From an uncultured Candidatus Saccharibacteria bacterium (lineage in GTDB: Bacteria > Patescibacteriota > Minisyncoccia > Minisyncoccales > UBA5738), in the NCBI GenBank assembly GCA_964523275.1, contig CAZFZI010000001.1, positions 7,214-46,947 of the forward strand: 39,734 nt of DNA, given 5' to 3'. Numbering within the stretch: position 1 is the first letter of the stretch; each line of letters begins with the position of its first letter. The notes under the pieces are model-generated. The model was not told where the DNA came from, did no database searches, and saw only the letters and a list, made by a program, of their open reading frames with translations. The translations under genes were made by a program, and so were the position numbers. Shown in pieces: positions 1 through 7,886 of the stretch.

Positions 1-130
1 AATAGGCAATGCGCCCCGTTATTGCCGCAGTCTTGCCCGTGCCCGCGCCCGCCACGATTAACAATGGCCCCTCTTTATGCGTTACCGCCTTTTTCTGTTC
101 CTTATTCAGTTTTTTCAAATCCAATGCCAT
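1..130 (-). CDS. UvrD/PcrA-family SF1 DNA helicase, N-terminal fragment (gene continues past window start)
   Basis: Reverse translation from ATG at 128-130 reads [43 protein letters not shown]. LNxEQxxAV followed by GAGTGKT is the classic UvrD/PcrA/Rep Q-motif plus Walker A opening. Absent from the ORF track because it is truncated. Confidence 0.75.
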   Translation of the reverse strand, partial: MALDLKKLNKEQKKAVTHKEGPLLIVAGAGTGKTAAITGRIAY

Positions 131-188
131 TTCAATACAAATGTTTTTAATCGCCAATTTTGCATTTTAGCGCAAAATCAAAATAATT

Positions 189-221
189 AAAAACGTCCCT
201 TGATATTCTTGGGGCGTTTTT
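189..221 (-). terminator. Hairpin downstream of iscU (AAAAACGTCCC / GGGGCGTTTTT), possible bidirectional terminator
   Basis: 10-11 bp stem with one mismatch/wobble, 11-nt loop, A/T runs on both sides. Lies about 75 nt after the iscU stop at 297-299. Confidence 0.4.
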
Positions 222-296
222 ACATTTGCATTTTGATTTTTTAATTTTTAAATTTGGAATTTTGACATTTATTTGTCATTGGAAATTGGAAATTGG

Positions 297-884
297 TCAT
301 TTCCCGTGGATTTCCTCTTCCCTTGCCACCCAATCTTTGTATTTTTCCTCAACAATATCTTTTTCTTTTTTGATGCGCCGATGTTTCTCCTCCAGCTCTT
401 TGGGAATCGCGCGGCTTTGTTTGGCATAATAATCATAAACCGCCTCCACCAACGCATCCGCCGCCAGCACCGAGCAATGCAACTTTATCGGCGGCAAGCC
501 GCCCAAACTTTGCACAATTTCTTGTTTATCAATGGCAATCGCGTCTTCCAACGTCTTTCCCTTGGCCAAATCCGTGATCGCGCTGGAAGTGGCGATCGCC
601 GCCACGCATCCAAATGTTTCAAACTTGATATCTTTGATTATTTCTTTTCCTGCTTTGTTTTTAGCAACTTTTACATACAGCCACATTACATCGCCACAAA
701 CAAGGTTACCCACCTTACCGACACCATCGGGGTTTTTCATTTTGCCATAGTTGTGGGGTTTGGAAAAATGTTCCATCACTGTTGATGTGTATGGACCGCT
801 GGCCGCGGTTCTGCCCTTTGGGCAAACTCCGCACTTGGGCCGGCAAACCGGCGATTTTTTTGTTTTCGATAGAGTTTTTTTCAT
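297..884 (-). CDS. iscU: Fe-S cluster assembly scaffold IscU/NifU-like, with N- and C-terminal extensions
   Basis: VMEHFSKPHNYGKM...GNLVCGDVMWLYV...GCVAAIATSSAITDL...LPPIKLHCSVLAADAL are the three conserved Cys motifs of IscU. ATG at 882-884. Directly downstream of the cysteine desulfurase. Confidence 0.9.
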   Translation of the reverse strand: MKKTLSKTKKSPVCRPKCGVCPKGRTAASGPYTSTVMEHFSKPHNYGKMKNPDGVGKVGNLVCGDVMWLYVKVAKNKAGKEIIKDIKFETFGCVAAIATSSAITDLAKGKTLEDAIAIDKQEIVQSLGGLPPIKLHCSVLAADALVEAVYDYYAKQSRAIPKELEEKHRRIKKEKDIVEEKYKDWVAREEEIHGK

Positions 885-902
885 TGTCTAAAATTCAAAT
901 TT

Positions 903-953
903 GCCAAGGTCGCACCTCTGCTTCGCTCCGCTACGCCGAGGAACGACCTTTGG
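903..953 (-). repeat. Imperfect palindromic element, copy A (GCCAAGGTCGCACCTC...GAGGAACGACCTTTGG)
   Basis: Arms AAGGTCG/CGACCTT and CCTC/GAGG. Begins 4 nt after the iscS stop (957-959). A near-identical copy lies at 20001-20044. Confidence 0.7.
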
Positions 954-956
954 AGT

Positions 957-2177
957 TCAATTGATTTTAAAGGGGGAAATTTCGCGCAATCGCTGAATAA
1001 TTTTGGGCAGAATTTTCAGCACATAATCAACATCGCTTGCCTTGGTCCAGCGGCCGATGGAAAGGCGCAAAGATCCGTGCGCTTCTTGGGGTTTCAACCC
1101 GATGGCGGTTAACACATGGCTGGCAGTGAGTTTTGCCGAAGAGCAAGCCGAACCGGTGGACGCGGCAATCCCGTTAATGTCCAATTGAATAATCATTGAC
1201 TCGCCCTCAACATAATCAAAACGCGCATTAACATTATTGGGCAATCTTTTTTGCGGATGACCGTTTAAATAAGAATGGCTGATGTTTTTCAAAATACCGG
1301 AAATTAATTTATCGCGCAGTTTTATCTGGCGCGCGAATTCCTTTGCCATCTCTTTTTTGGCAATCAACGCGGCCTGGGCAAATCCATAAATCGCCGGCAC
1401 ATTGACCGTGGAAGAACGCAATCCCGATTCCTGGCCACCGCCGTGCAATATCGGCTCAATTTTCGTTCCTTCTTTTATATACAGACATGCCGCGCCTTTG
1501 GGGCCATAAATTTTTTGCGAACTGACAGTGAGCAAATCAACATTCATTTTGACAACATCAATGGGAATTTTGCCGAAACTTTGCGCCGCGTCAGTGTGAA
1601 AATACACGCCTTTTTGCCGGCAAATCTTGCCGATTTCTTCAATCGGCTCAATTGTGCCGATTTCGTTGTTGGCATGCATCACCGACACCAAAACCGTGTC
1701 CGGTCGAATTGCCGCGGCAACATCCGCGGGATTGACCATGCCATATCCATCAACTTTCAAGCGTGTTACCTCAAAACCTTGACGTTCCAGCCACACCGCG
1801 CTTTCCATCACGCAGGCATGCTCAATGGGCGAAATGATCAAATGCTTGCCCCTATCTTTGTTACCGAACATAACGCCCTTTATCGCCAAGTTGTTGCTCT
1901 CGGTTGCCGAACCCGTAAAAACAATTTCTTTTGGATTCGCATTAATAATGCCGGCAATATCCGCGCGGCTTTGCTCCAAAATGCCGCGCGCGTCCTGGCC
2001 AAAAGAATGAAATGACATTGAATTGGCAAAAAATTCCGGCAAATTATCGGCTGTCTTTTTTGCCACCCGCGGATCCACCGGCGTGGCGGCGGCATAGTCC
2101 ATATATATCCGCTTTGGCTGTGCCGGTTTTACGTATTTTCTTTTTTTGGAAATAATTTTTTTAGCCATAATTTTCAT
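957..2177 (-). CDS. iscS: Cysteine desulfurase (IscS/NifS class V aminotransferase)
   Basis: DYAAATPVDPRV, SVMHANNEIGT, SSQKIYGPKG (PLP lysine) and STGSACSS (catalytic Cys loop). The ORF-track start at 2207 is TTG; first ATGs are at 2177 and 2168, so the start is uncertain by about 30 nt. Confidence 0.92.
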   Translation of the reverse strand: MKIMAKKIISKKRKYVKPAQPKRIYMDYAAATPVDPRVAKKTADNLPEFFANSMSFHSFGQDARGILEQSRADIAGIINANPKEIVFTGSATESNNLAIKGVMFGNKDRGKHLIISPIEHACVMESAVWLERQGFEVTRLKVDGYGMVNPADVAAAIRPDTVLVSVMHANNEIGTIEPIEEIGKICRQKGVYFHTDAAQSFGKIPIDVVKMNVDLLTVSSQKIYGPKGAACLYIKEGTKIEPILHGGGQESGLRSSTVNVPAIYGFAQAALIAKKEMAKEFARQIKLRDKLISGILKNISHSYLNGHPQKRLPNNVNARFDYVEGESMIIQLDINGIAASTGSACSSAKLTASHVLTAIGLKPQEAHGSLRLSIGRWTKASDVDYVLKILPKIIQRLREISPFKIN

Positions 2178-2308
2178 AAATCCAAAACTCCAATTTCTAA
2201 ATCCCAAACAAATCCAAATATCAAAATTATAAATTCAAAACAAAATGCTATCCATTTTAATTTTTAATATTTAAATTTTGAATTTATTTAGAGTTTAGGA
2301 TTTAGTGC

Positions 2309-2713
2309 TTAGAATTTTTTATTGATGAGGTCTTCCAAAGTAACCGATGCCAAAAAGTCGTCTATCGCGGCCTGCATTTTCACCCACAAACATCTGGTCA
2401 AACAGCCGTGCTCGCGAGCGCATTCGGCATCAATGCATTTAACCTTGGTTAAGGAGTTTTCCAACGTGGAAAAAATTTCGGAAATTTTTATTTCATTGGC
2501 CGGACGAATCATAATATAACCGCCGCGCACTCCTTTTTTTGCCGCAAGCATTTTGGCTTTCAAGAGTTTGGCAAATATTTTTTCCAAATAATCGCCGGGA
2601 ATTTTTTCGCGAATGGCAATTTCGCGCACCGATATGGCGCGATTATCTTTTGAGTTTTGCGCCAAATAGGCCATTGCCCGCAACCCATACTGCACTTTGG
2701 TGGAAATCTTCAT
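2309..2713 (-). CDS. iscR: Rrf2-family transcriptional regulator (IscR-like)
   Basis: MKISTKVQYGLRAMAYLA...ISVREIA winged-helix N-terminus typical of Rrf2, and a C-terminal Cys cluster CIDAECAREHGCLTRC. ATG at 2711-2713 (track start 2725 is TTG). Heads the iscS-iscU genes. Confidence 0.85.
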   Translation of the reverse strand: MKISTKVQYGLRAMAYLAQNSKDNRAISVREIAIREKIPGDYLEKIFAKLLKAKMLAAKKGVRGGYIMIRPANEIKISEIFSTLENSLTKVKCIDAECAREHGCLTRCLWVKMQAAIDDFLASVTLEDLINKKF

Positions 2714-2752
2714 AATTAAAATCAACTTTCAAAGCATCTTTGCAAAACATCC

Positions 2753-2780
2753 AAAAAAGCCGACCTTATTGGTCGGCTTT
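2753..2780 (-). terminator. Rho-independent terminator after the 2828-3970 gene
   Basis: GCCGACC-TTATT-GGTCGGC stem-loop. On the minus strand it is followed by a T6 run. Confidence 0.7.
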
Positions 2781-2827
2781 AATATACCAAATCCTTTCCC
2801 CTTTTGTCAAATACCGCCGCAATCCAT

Positions 2828-3970
2828 TCAAACAGCCGGAGTTTTTTTGAACAAATAGCGCAACCCGCCCAATCCCCAAACAAGAGCCGCGCCCGAGAAC
2901 AGCCATCCAATCACCGGTAAGGCAAAGATTGTCCAGCACAGAATAATTCCAATCGTTGCTTGCCAATAAAATGAAATTTGCCGGTTTTTGAAAAATCTGT
3001 CACCGATCATTTCGCCGATGGCAATTGCCGCCAATATGCGCGCGCTAAAAAGCGCGGCGATATACAGCAAAAGCGCGATTATCGCCAGCGGAATACCAAT
3101 GATGGTTAAAAATGTCGCGATAATGGCAACCGGACCGGCAATCAATATCAGCAAACCCCAACCAAGGGTTCTTCCGGATCTGGCTCTCATCGCCATAATT
3201 AATTTTTGAATAAATCGTTTAAAGAAAAAAATCAGAATCAAGGCAACCGCCAAATTCAATGCCAACCCTTTCAATTTGCCTGCAATTTTATCTTGCGGCG
3301 TTTCTTCTTCGGCAAGAATTTTTGCGGCAATATCCCGCCGCGGCGGTTCTTGGCGCGCAATGCCCGCGCCAACACCAAATCCTTCCTCACGCACCGCCTC
3401 CTTATCGCTGGCATAAACCAACGTTCCATTGACCGCCGCGCCGTTTTTGAGTGTTAAATTATTGTTCTGAAATTGAGCATCACCACCGATGACCCCGGCG
3501 ATTGTGATTGATTGGCCCGCGCCAACAACGCTCTTTTCAATTTTACCGCCGATTATCGCCTTCTGCGCACCGAAAAGCATTTCTCCGGCGATTACCGAAT
3601 CGGTTGACACCGTTTGGCCCGCCACAGTGATATTTCTGCCCACCGATCCGTTTATTTTCACAGTCTGCCCGACAACGCGCACGCTTCCGGTTACGGATCC
3701 GGCAATCATTATATTCTGACCGGCGCATAAAACATCGCCGTCAACATTTCCATTGATATCAATATTCTGCCCGGCGCAAATTATATCGCCTTTCACATCG
3801 CCATCAATCATAATTGATTGACCCGTGGCCAGCAAAGTTTCATTGATCGTTTCGCCCTTCGGGATGTTTATTTCATCGCCGCTTTTTATCATAAACGCCT
3901 GCGCGCTTTGACAAAAACCAAACATCATAACCACGATTGTCGCGTATGAAAACAATTTTTTAAAATTCAT
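2828..3970 (-). CDS. Membrane protein: signal peptide, bactofilin-like beta-helical repeat region, multi-TM C-terminus
   Basis: N-terminal MNFKKLFSYATIVVMMFGFCQSAQA. Repeats GDVKGDIICAGQNIDINGNVDGDVLCAGQNIMIAGSVTGSVRVVGQTVKINGSV resemble polymer-forming cytoskeletal (bactofilin/CcmA-type) repeats. The last about 150 aa are hydrophobic helices. ATG at 3968-3970. Confidence 0.7.
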   Translation of the reverse strand: MNFKKLFSYATIVVMMFGFCQSAQAFMIKSGDEINIPKGETINETLLATGQSIMIDGDVKGDIICAGQNIDINGNVDGDVLCAGQNIMIAGSVTGSVRVVGQTVKINGSVGRNITVAGQTVSTDSVIAGEMLFGAQKAIIGGKIEKSVVGAGQSITIAGVIGGDAQFQNNNLTLKNGAAVNGTLVYASDKEAVREEGFGVGAGIARQEPPRRDIAAKILAEEETPQDKIAGKLKGLALNLAVALILIFFFKRFIQKLIMAMRARSGRTLGWGLLILIAGPVAIIATFLTIIGIPLAIIALLLYIAALFSARILAAIAIGEMIGDRFFKNRQISFYWQATIGIILCWTIFALPVIGWLFSGAALVWGLGGLRYLFKKTPAV

Positions 3971-4121
3971 ATTGTTTGCGTTATTTTTTTAATTTTGAAA
4001 AATGCGCCTTAATTATCTTTTTTCTCCGAATTTATTTAAAAAAACCATTCCCTTTCGCCACCATAGCACTCACGCACCACCATAACTTCCAGGAATGGGA
4101 ACAACTATTTATTCAAGCAAG

Positions 4122-4592
4122 TCAGGAGGGAAAAAATACTGCCAGATGTCTTAAGGCCATATTCAGGGACGACCAACCAGGAGCAATTATATCTGCGTAG
4201 ACACCATTGATATAGATATAATAATCGTCTTCTTTTTTTCTAATATCAATATCAATAGTTTCTCCGTTGGCAAGGAGCATTTTTGCTTCCCAGCGATTAT
4301 TTTCCACAATCATATCCAAAGATCCTAAAATTTCTTCCAATGTGGAAATGTGGAAATTGAGAACACAGAAACTAGGATTAATATCGTACCCCCGATGGAA
4401 TAAAATCTCTGCATAAAAAACCTTCTCAATAATCTTTCTTCCATCCTTTTCAATAGGAATTTCGACAGCAACCACCGCTTTTGCGCCTTCTTGGTGCTGA
4501 CCAATAAGCGTAATATCCACAACTCGTTGCCATCCTCGTCCATACAATACCATACGAGATAGATTTTCATCATCTCTATTGCTACCTCGCAT
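4122..4592 (-). CDS. Hypothetical protein (156 aa), orphan
   Basis: ATG at 4590-4592 preceded by AGGAGGC 8 nt upstream and a consensus-like promoter. No family recognised from the sequence. Confidence 0.6.
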   Translation of the reverse strand: MRGSNRDDENLSRMVLYGRGWQRVVDITLIGQHQEGAKAVVAVEIPIEKDGRKIIEKVFYAEILFHRGYDINPSFCVLNFHISTLEEILGSLDMIVENNRWEAKMLLANGETIDIDIRKKEDDYYIYINGVYADIIAPGWSSLNMALRHLAVFFPS

Positions 4593-4629
4593 TTCTTTAA
4601 GCCTCCTGTAAATAGTTACTCATACTTGA

Positions 4630-4658
4630 ATAATAAAATAAACAAAAAAAATTGTCAA
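4630..4658 (-). promoter_or_regulatory. Sigma70-like promoter for the 4122-4592 gene
   Basis: Minus strand reads TTGACA (4653-4658), a 17-nt spacer, then TATTAT (4630-4635). Confidence 0.5.
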
Positions 4659-4680
4659 GAAAATTTAGGTTAATCAAGCG

Positions 4681-5385
4681 TTATTTTAGCTCCAAATAGT
4701 ATTTTCTTTTTTGTTCGTCAAAATGTTCAATGGCATAGCGCAGTGTCACTCGCGGCATTATTTTGTAATGTTTTTTCAAAAACTCCTCTTCAACTTCCCG
4801 GCCGCAGTTCTTACCGATTTCGCGCAACATCCAGCCAACCGCTTTGTGGATCAAATCCTCCTTGTCGCCAAGCAACACCTCCGCGATTTCCAACGCAATA
4901 CGGCAATCGCCATTCCTAATGAAGCAAAAAGTTGACAGCATCGCGATACGCCGCTCCCACAAGCTTTTTGACTTTGCCAGTTTGAAAAGAATTGCTTTAT
5001 CCTTGCCTTCCAAATACGTGCCGACAATATGCGGCGCGGAAATGTCAACCAAATCCCAATTGTTAATGAATTTGGTATTGGCTAAATATAAATCAAAAAT
5101 CTCATTTTTTTCTTTGCCATTGGCTTTTTGAAATTTGGCAATCAAAATCAGCAAAGCACTCATGCGTTCTTCGTGATACATGCTTTTCAGCAAAACTGCC
5201 GCCGCGCGGGTTGAAAAATCTTTCCAGTATTTTTTTACTAAGCGGCGCTGGTCCGGCATAGTTATACCCAAAAACTTGTCGCCCTCGGCATATTCGCCTT
5301 TGCCGGTTTTGAAATATCTTTGCAAAACTTCGGCCTTTTGGGGATCAGCCAATTGCCGCAATTCTTTTCTTAGTTTTTCAATCAT
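4681..5385 (-). CDS. DNA alkylation repair protein (AlkD/AlkC-like HEAT-repeat family)
   Basis: LRKELRQLADPQKAEVLQRYFKTGKGEYAEGDKFLGITMPDQRRLVKKY and WMLREIGK are characteristic of the DNA_alkylation family. ATG at 5383-5385. Confidence 0.75.
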   Translation of the reverse strand: MIEKLRKELRQLADPQKAEVLQRYFKTGKGEYAEGDKFLGITMPDQRRLVKKYWKDFSTRAAAVLLKSMYHEERMSALLILIAKFQKANGKEKNEIFDLYLANTKFINNWDLVDISAPHIVGTYLEGKDKAILFKLAKSKSLWERRIAMLSTFCFIRNGDCRIALEIAEVLLGDKEDLIHKAVGWMLREIGKNCGREVEEEFLKKHYKIMPRVTLRYAIEHFDEQKRKYYLELK

Positions 5386-6169
5386 TGTTTATCAGCATTA
5401 GAAGATCTTTTATCTGTTTTGAGGCGTTTTTCCGTCCGGCATCGGCAATTTCATCCATTTTCAAAAAATCAAACCAATGAAACCTTCCGCCGCGGGGCTT
5501 AAAGCAAAAATCGCACTGCCTTTCTTCAAACGCCGCCAGATCTCTTTCAAAGATATTCAGCGCGCGCGCCGCGACTTCAAAACGGTTCATCTTTCCCGCG
5601 ACCGCGCCATCAATTTTGTCAATTGAATAAATTGACGACCCGATAACAAAATCCGCGCCCATCGCGCGGGTTTCTTCGGCGGGCAAATTTCGGGTTACGC
5701 CTCCGTCAATATAGAATTTTCCGCCGAAATTTTGAGCCAAAAACACGCCCGGATAGGCCGATGACGCCATCACCGCCGCCAAAGGATCGCCGGAACTGAA
5801 AACTTCTTTTTGGCCGGTTGCCAAATTGGTGGCACAACATGAAAACGGAATCTCCATATCGCTAAATCTTTTTTGGCCAATCAATTTGCCCAAAACTTTT
5901 TCCATATATTTGATCACCCCGCCAACGCCGCCGGAAACGAGATATTTGTTTTTTTTGAAAAATTTCAGATTTATTTCGTCATAAAAGCACCGCACCGCGG
6001 CCAATCCGCCGGATGCATACACCAAGCCGATAATCGCTCCCGCGGAAACCCCGCAAACGCAATCAATTTTGATTTTTGATTTTTCCAACTCCTCAATCAC
6101 GCCGATATGCGCCGCGCCCATCGCGCCCCCGCCCGAAAGCGCCAACCCGATTTTTTTGTTTTTAGCCAT
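5378..6169 (-). CDS. Patatin-like phospholipase
   Basis: GLALSGGGAMGAAHIGVIEEL (oxyanion GGG), GVSAGAIIG (GxSxG nucleophile) and YIDGGV (catalytic Asp). Overlaps the downstream gene by 8 nt. Confidence 0.85.
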   Translation of the reverse strand: MAKNKKIGLALSGGGAMGAAHIGVIEELEKSKIKIDCVCGVSAGAIIGLVYASGGLAAVRCFYDEINLKFFKKNKYLVSGGVGGVIKYMEKVLGKLIGQKRFSDMEIPFSCCATNLATGQKEVFSSGDPLAAVMASSAYPGVFLAQNFGGKFYIDGGVTRNLPAEETRAMGADFVIGSSIYSIDKIDGAVAGKMNRFEVAARALNIFERDLAAFEERQCDFCFKPRGGRFHWFDFLKMDEIADAGRKNASKQIKDLLMLINND

Positions 6170-6454
6170 AAATTATTTTAAAAACCAGAGTTGACATCAT
6201 TTTTCGTAATTCAATGTCCGCCACTTTCCATGGATAGATTAAATTAAGCAATTGTTCATAATATGAAAGCGAGGTTTGTTGATTTTTCATATGCTTTCCA
6301 GCATATCCCAACCCGCCCCTTATGCCAACCTACCCACAGAATTGTCCGAAGAACCATATTGAAAATTACCAAACAAATGGCAACAATCAGCGATGTTTTG
6401 CCGCTCCGTGCCAATTTGCGAATGTTTTTGTCCTCAATTTTTCTGTTCATATTC

Positions 6455-6490
6455 AAATACGTATTTAAATACGTATTTAAATATATACTT
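6455..6490. repeat. Three tandem 12-bp units: AAATACGTATTT x2 (each a perfect palindrome) plus AAATATATACTT
   Basis: Read directly at 6455-6466, 6467-6478 and 6479-6490. Ends 5 nt upstream of a minus-strand ATG at 6448-6450 and overlaps the 3' end of the 6495-6677 ORF region. Confidence 0.8.
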
Positions 6491-6494
6491 AAAT

Positions 6495-6677
6495 CTACAA
6501 TTTTATTTTCCCCAAATCCCAAGCGGTGATCAACCCCAAAATCCCTTCCCCCTCTTTTCCGTTTTGGATAACAAACAAAACCCCCAACCGCTTCCCATCT
6601 TTAATAAAATCACCAAATTTTTCTTTTATTTCCAACGCATCCATATCCCTTGGGGCAAGCCAGTAAAAATTGTCCAT
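6495..6677 (-). CDS. Small protein resembling a single CBS domain (60 aa)
   Basis: LAPRDMDALEIKEKFGDFIKDGKRLGVLFVIQNGKEGEGILGLITAWDL has the beta-alpha-beta-beta layout and the GxIT..DL ending of CBS domains. First ATG is at 6675-6677. The call is weak. Confidence 0.3.
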   Translation of the reverse strand: MDNFYWLAPRDMDALEIKEKFGDFIKDGKRLGVLFVIQNGKEGEGILGLITAWDLGKIKL

Positions 6678-6900
6678 CCGCAAGAATTCTGACCCATTAC
6701 GATCAAATTCGTCACCTGTTTTAAAATTATTTATGTTTTTTATTCTTGCGAATATTGTTTACCCACCTGACATTATGCGTTGGCGGATTTGCGCCAATTT
6801 TCCTTTCCGAAATCACCGTATTGGGCGATTTTTTATCAGTTCCCCAATATTCTTTGTGCGGTTGATTAACTTTTGCCATAATTTTTTCAAAATTCGGCGC

Positions 6901-6932
6901 GTATATACTTATGTATATACAAGAGTATATAC
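6901..6932. repeat. Three copies of the palindrome GTATATAC at 12-bp spacing
   Basis: GTATATAC at 6901-6908, 6913-6920 and 6925-6932, separated by 4-nt spacers. About 22 nt upstream of a possible minus-strand small ORF (ATG at 6877-6879). Confidence 0.8.
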
Positions 6933-7008
6933 ACCTCGGAAATTTTTTTCTTTAAAAAACCAAAACTGACACCATTTTGCACCATTTTGCATTTCGACGA
7001 TTAGCGAT

Positions 7009-7671
7009 TTATTTAATTTGAACTGCTCGAGGATCAAAGACAACGCTATAAAATAATAACTTTCCAAAAAATTCTAATCCCCAAATTGATTGAAAAGTTT
7101 TTGGTTCCCAATTATACCCAAAAATAAAAATATTTTTCTGAATAACTTTCCACTTTAATTGTTTCAAAAAAGGCATAAATGTTGCTATTGATTTATTGGT
7201 AATTAAAACATGTTTAATAAACCAATTTCGTGGCAAAATCATTTTAAATTCATTAAAAAATAATCCTTTTATATATTTATCCAAAATTTTATCAATTCTT
7301 TTGTAGTCTAATTCAACGGCAGTTTTTTTGCCTAAAAAAATTCCACCATTAGAATACGAATTAACCAACGACATTTGACTAAACATTTTTTGTGCCAATG
7401 AAGGGCTTCGTCTTAGAGATCGTGATACTGTTGTGTTAAAAAGACAATTCGCTGTTAAAGAGTCAGTCAATAATAATCCACTAACCAAATTTCTGAAATA
7501 ATCTTCATCCCTTGAGAAACCCTCATTGCATTCTAAACAACTCTGTACCTTAATCGGATTTAAATTAATACTTACTCCTTTATACAAATTCTTTGATGGA
7601 ATATGATCCATGTTTTCTGCGACTCCGCCACAATAGACACATTTATTAAATTGTTGATTTCTATTTTCCAT
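7009..7671 (-). CDS. HNH-motif nuclease-like protein (220 aa) with an uncharacterised C-terminal domain
   Basis: N-terminus CVYCGGVAENMDHIPSKNLY...NLNPIKVQSCLECNEGF matches CxxC...DH...N...CxxCN, the zinc-ribbon HNH signature. ATG at 7669-7671. AT-rich. Confidence 0.75.
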   Translation of the reverse strand: MENRNQQFNKCVYCGGVAENMDHIPSKNLYKGVSINLNPIKVQSCLECNEGFSRDEDYFRNLVSGLLLTDSLTANCLFNTTVSRSLRRSPSLAQKMFSQMSLVNSYSNGGIFLGKKTAVELDYKRIDKILDKYIKGLFFNEFKMILPRNWFIKHVLITNKSIATFMPFLKQLKWKVIQKNIFIFGYNWEPKTFQSIWGLEFFGKLLFYSVVFDPRAVQIK

Positions 7672-7719
7672 TTTTTAATTTGGTTTTGCTATAAACAACC
7701 TCGCAAAATATTAGATTTT

Positions 7720-7886
7720 TTATTTCTCCACGATTTCTATCTCCCCGGGCGTTAATCCGTAAAGCTGATAAACCATTTGATCAATTTGCTTTTCGTATTC
7801 TTTGACTTTGGCCTGCTTGGCAGGATTTTCCAAATAATCGTCGGATCCGGTAATCGCCAAAATTTTATCAACAATTTCAATAAATA
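7720..7886 (-). pseudogene. Start-less C-terminal remnant of a TaqI_C/Eco57I-type restriction-modification enzyme (copy A)
   Basis: Frame reads FIEIVDKILAITGSDDYLENPAKQAKVKEYEKQIDQMVYQLYGLTPGEIEIVEK-stop. The frame is closed by a stop at 7924-7926 and has no usable start. The remnant begins 1 nt after the helicase stop codon. Confidence 0.7.
7757..7885. repeat. 129-nt direct repeat, left copy (partner 9644-9772)
   Basis: Hand alignment gives 123/129 identical with no indels. The last 43 nt are identical. Confidence 0.9.

Noticed and set aside
273-785. Plus-strand ORFs opposite iscU (273-785), the M15 peptidase (25441-26019), the MliC-like gene (35931-36467) and ribH/kinase (38036-38635)
   Set aside because: Each is antisense to a confidently identified conserved gene. 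The translations are Phe/Ile/Arg-rich without motifs. These are shadow ORFs.
5378-6169. Patatin as a CBASS (CapV-like) effector
   Set aside because: No CD-NTase/cyclase or other CBASS accessory gene is nearby. The gene is translationally linked to an AlkD-like repair gene in a block with ordinary composition.
6455-6490. CRISPR-like array
   Set aside because: The repeat units are only 12 bp, directly abutting with no spacers, and there are three copies. No cas genes are present in the window. This is a tandem palindromic operator-like array, not CRISPR.
6971-6990. Tandem 10-mer ACCATTTTGC x2 just downstream of the HNH gene
   Set aside because: Only two copies are present, in an AT-rich spacer. 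This is most simply a slippage duplication, and no functional inference is supportable.
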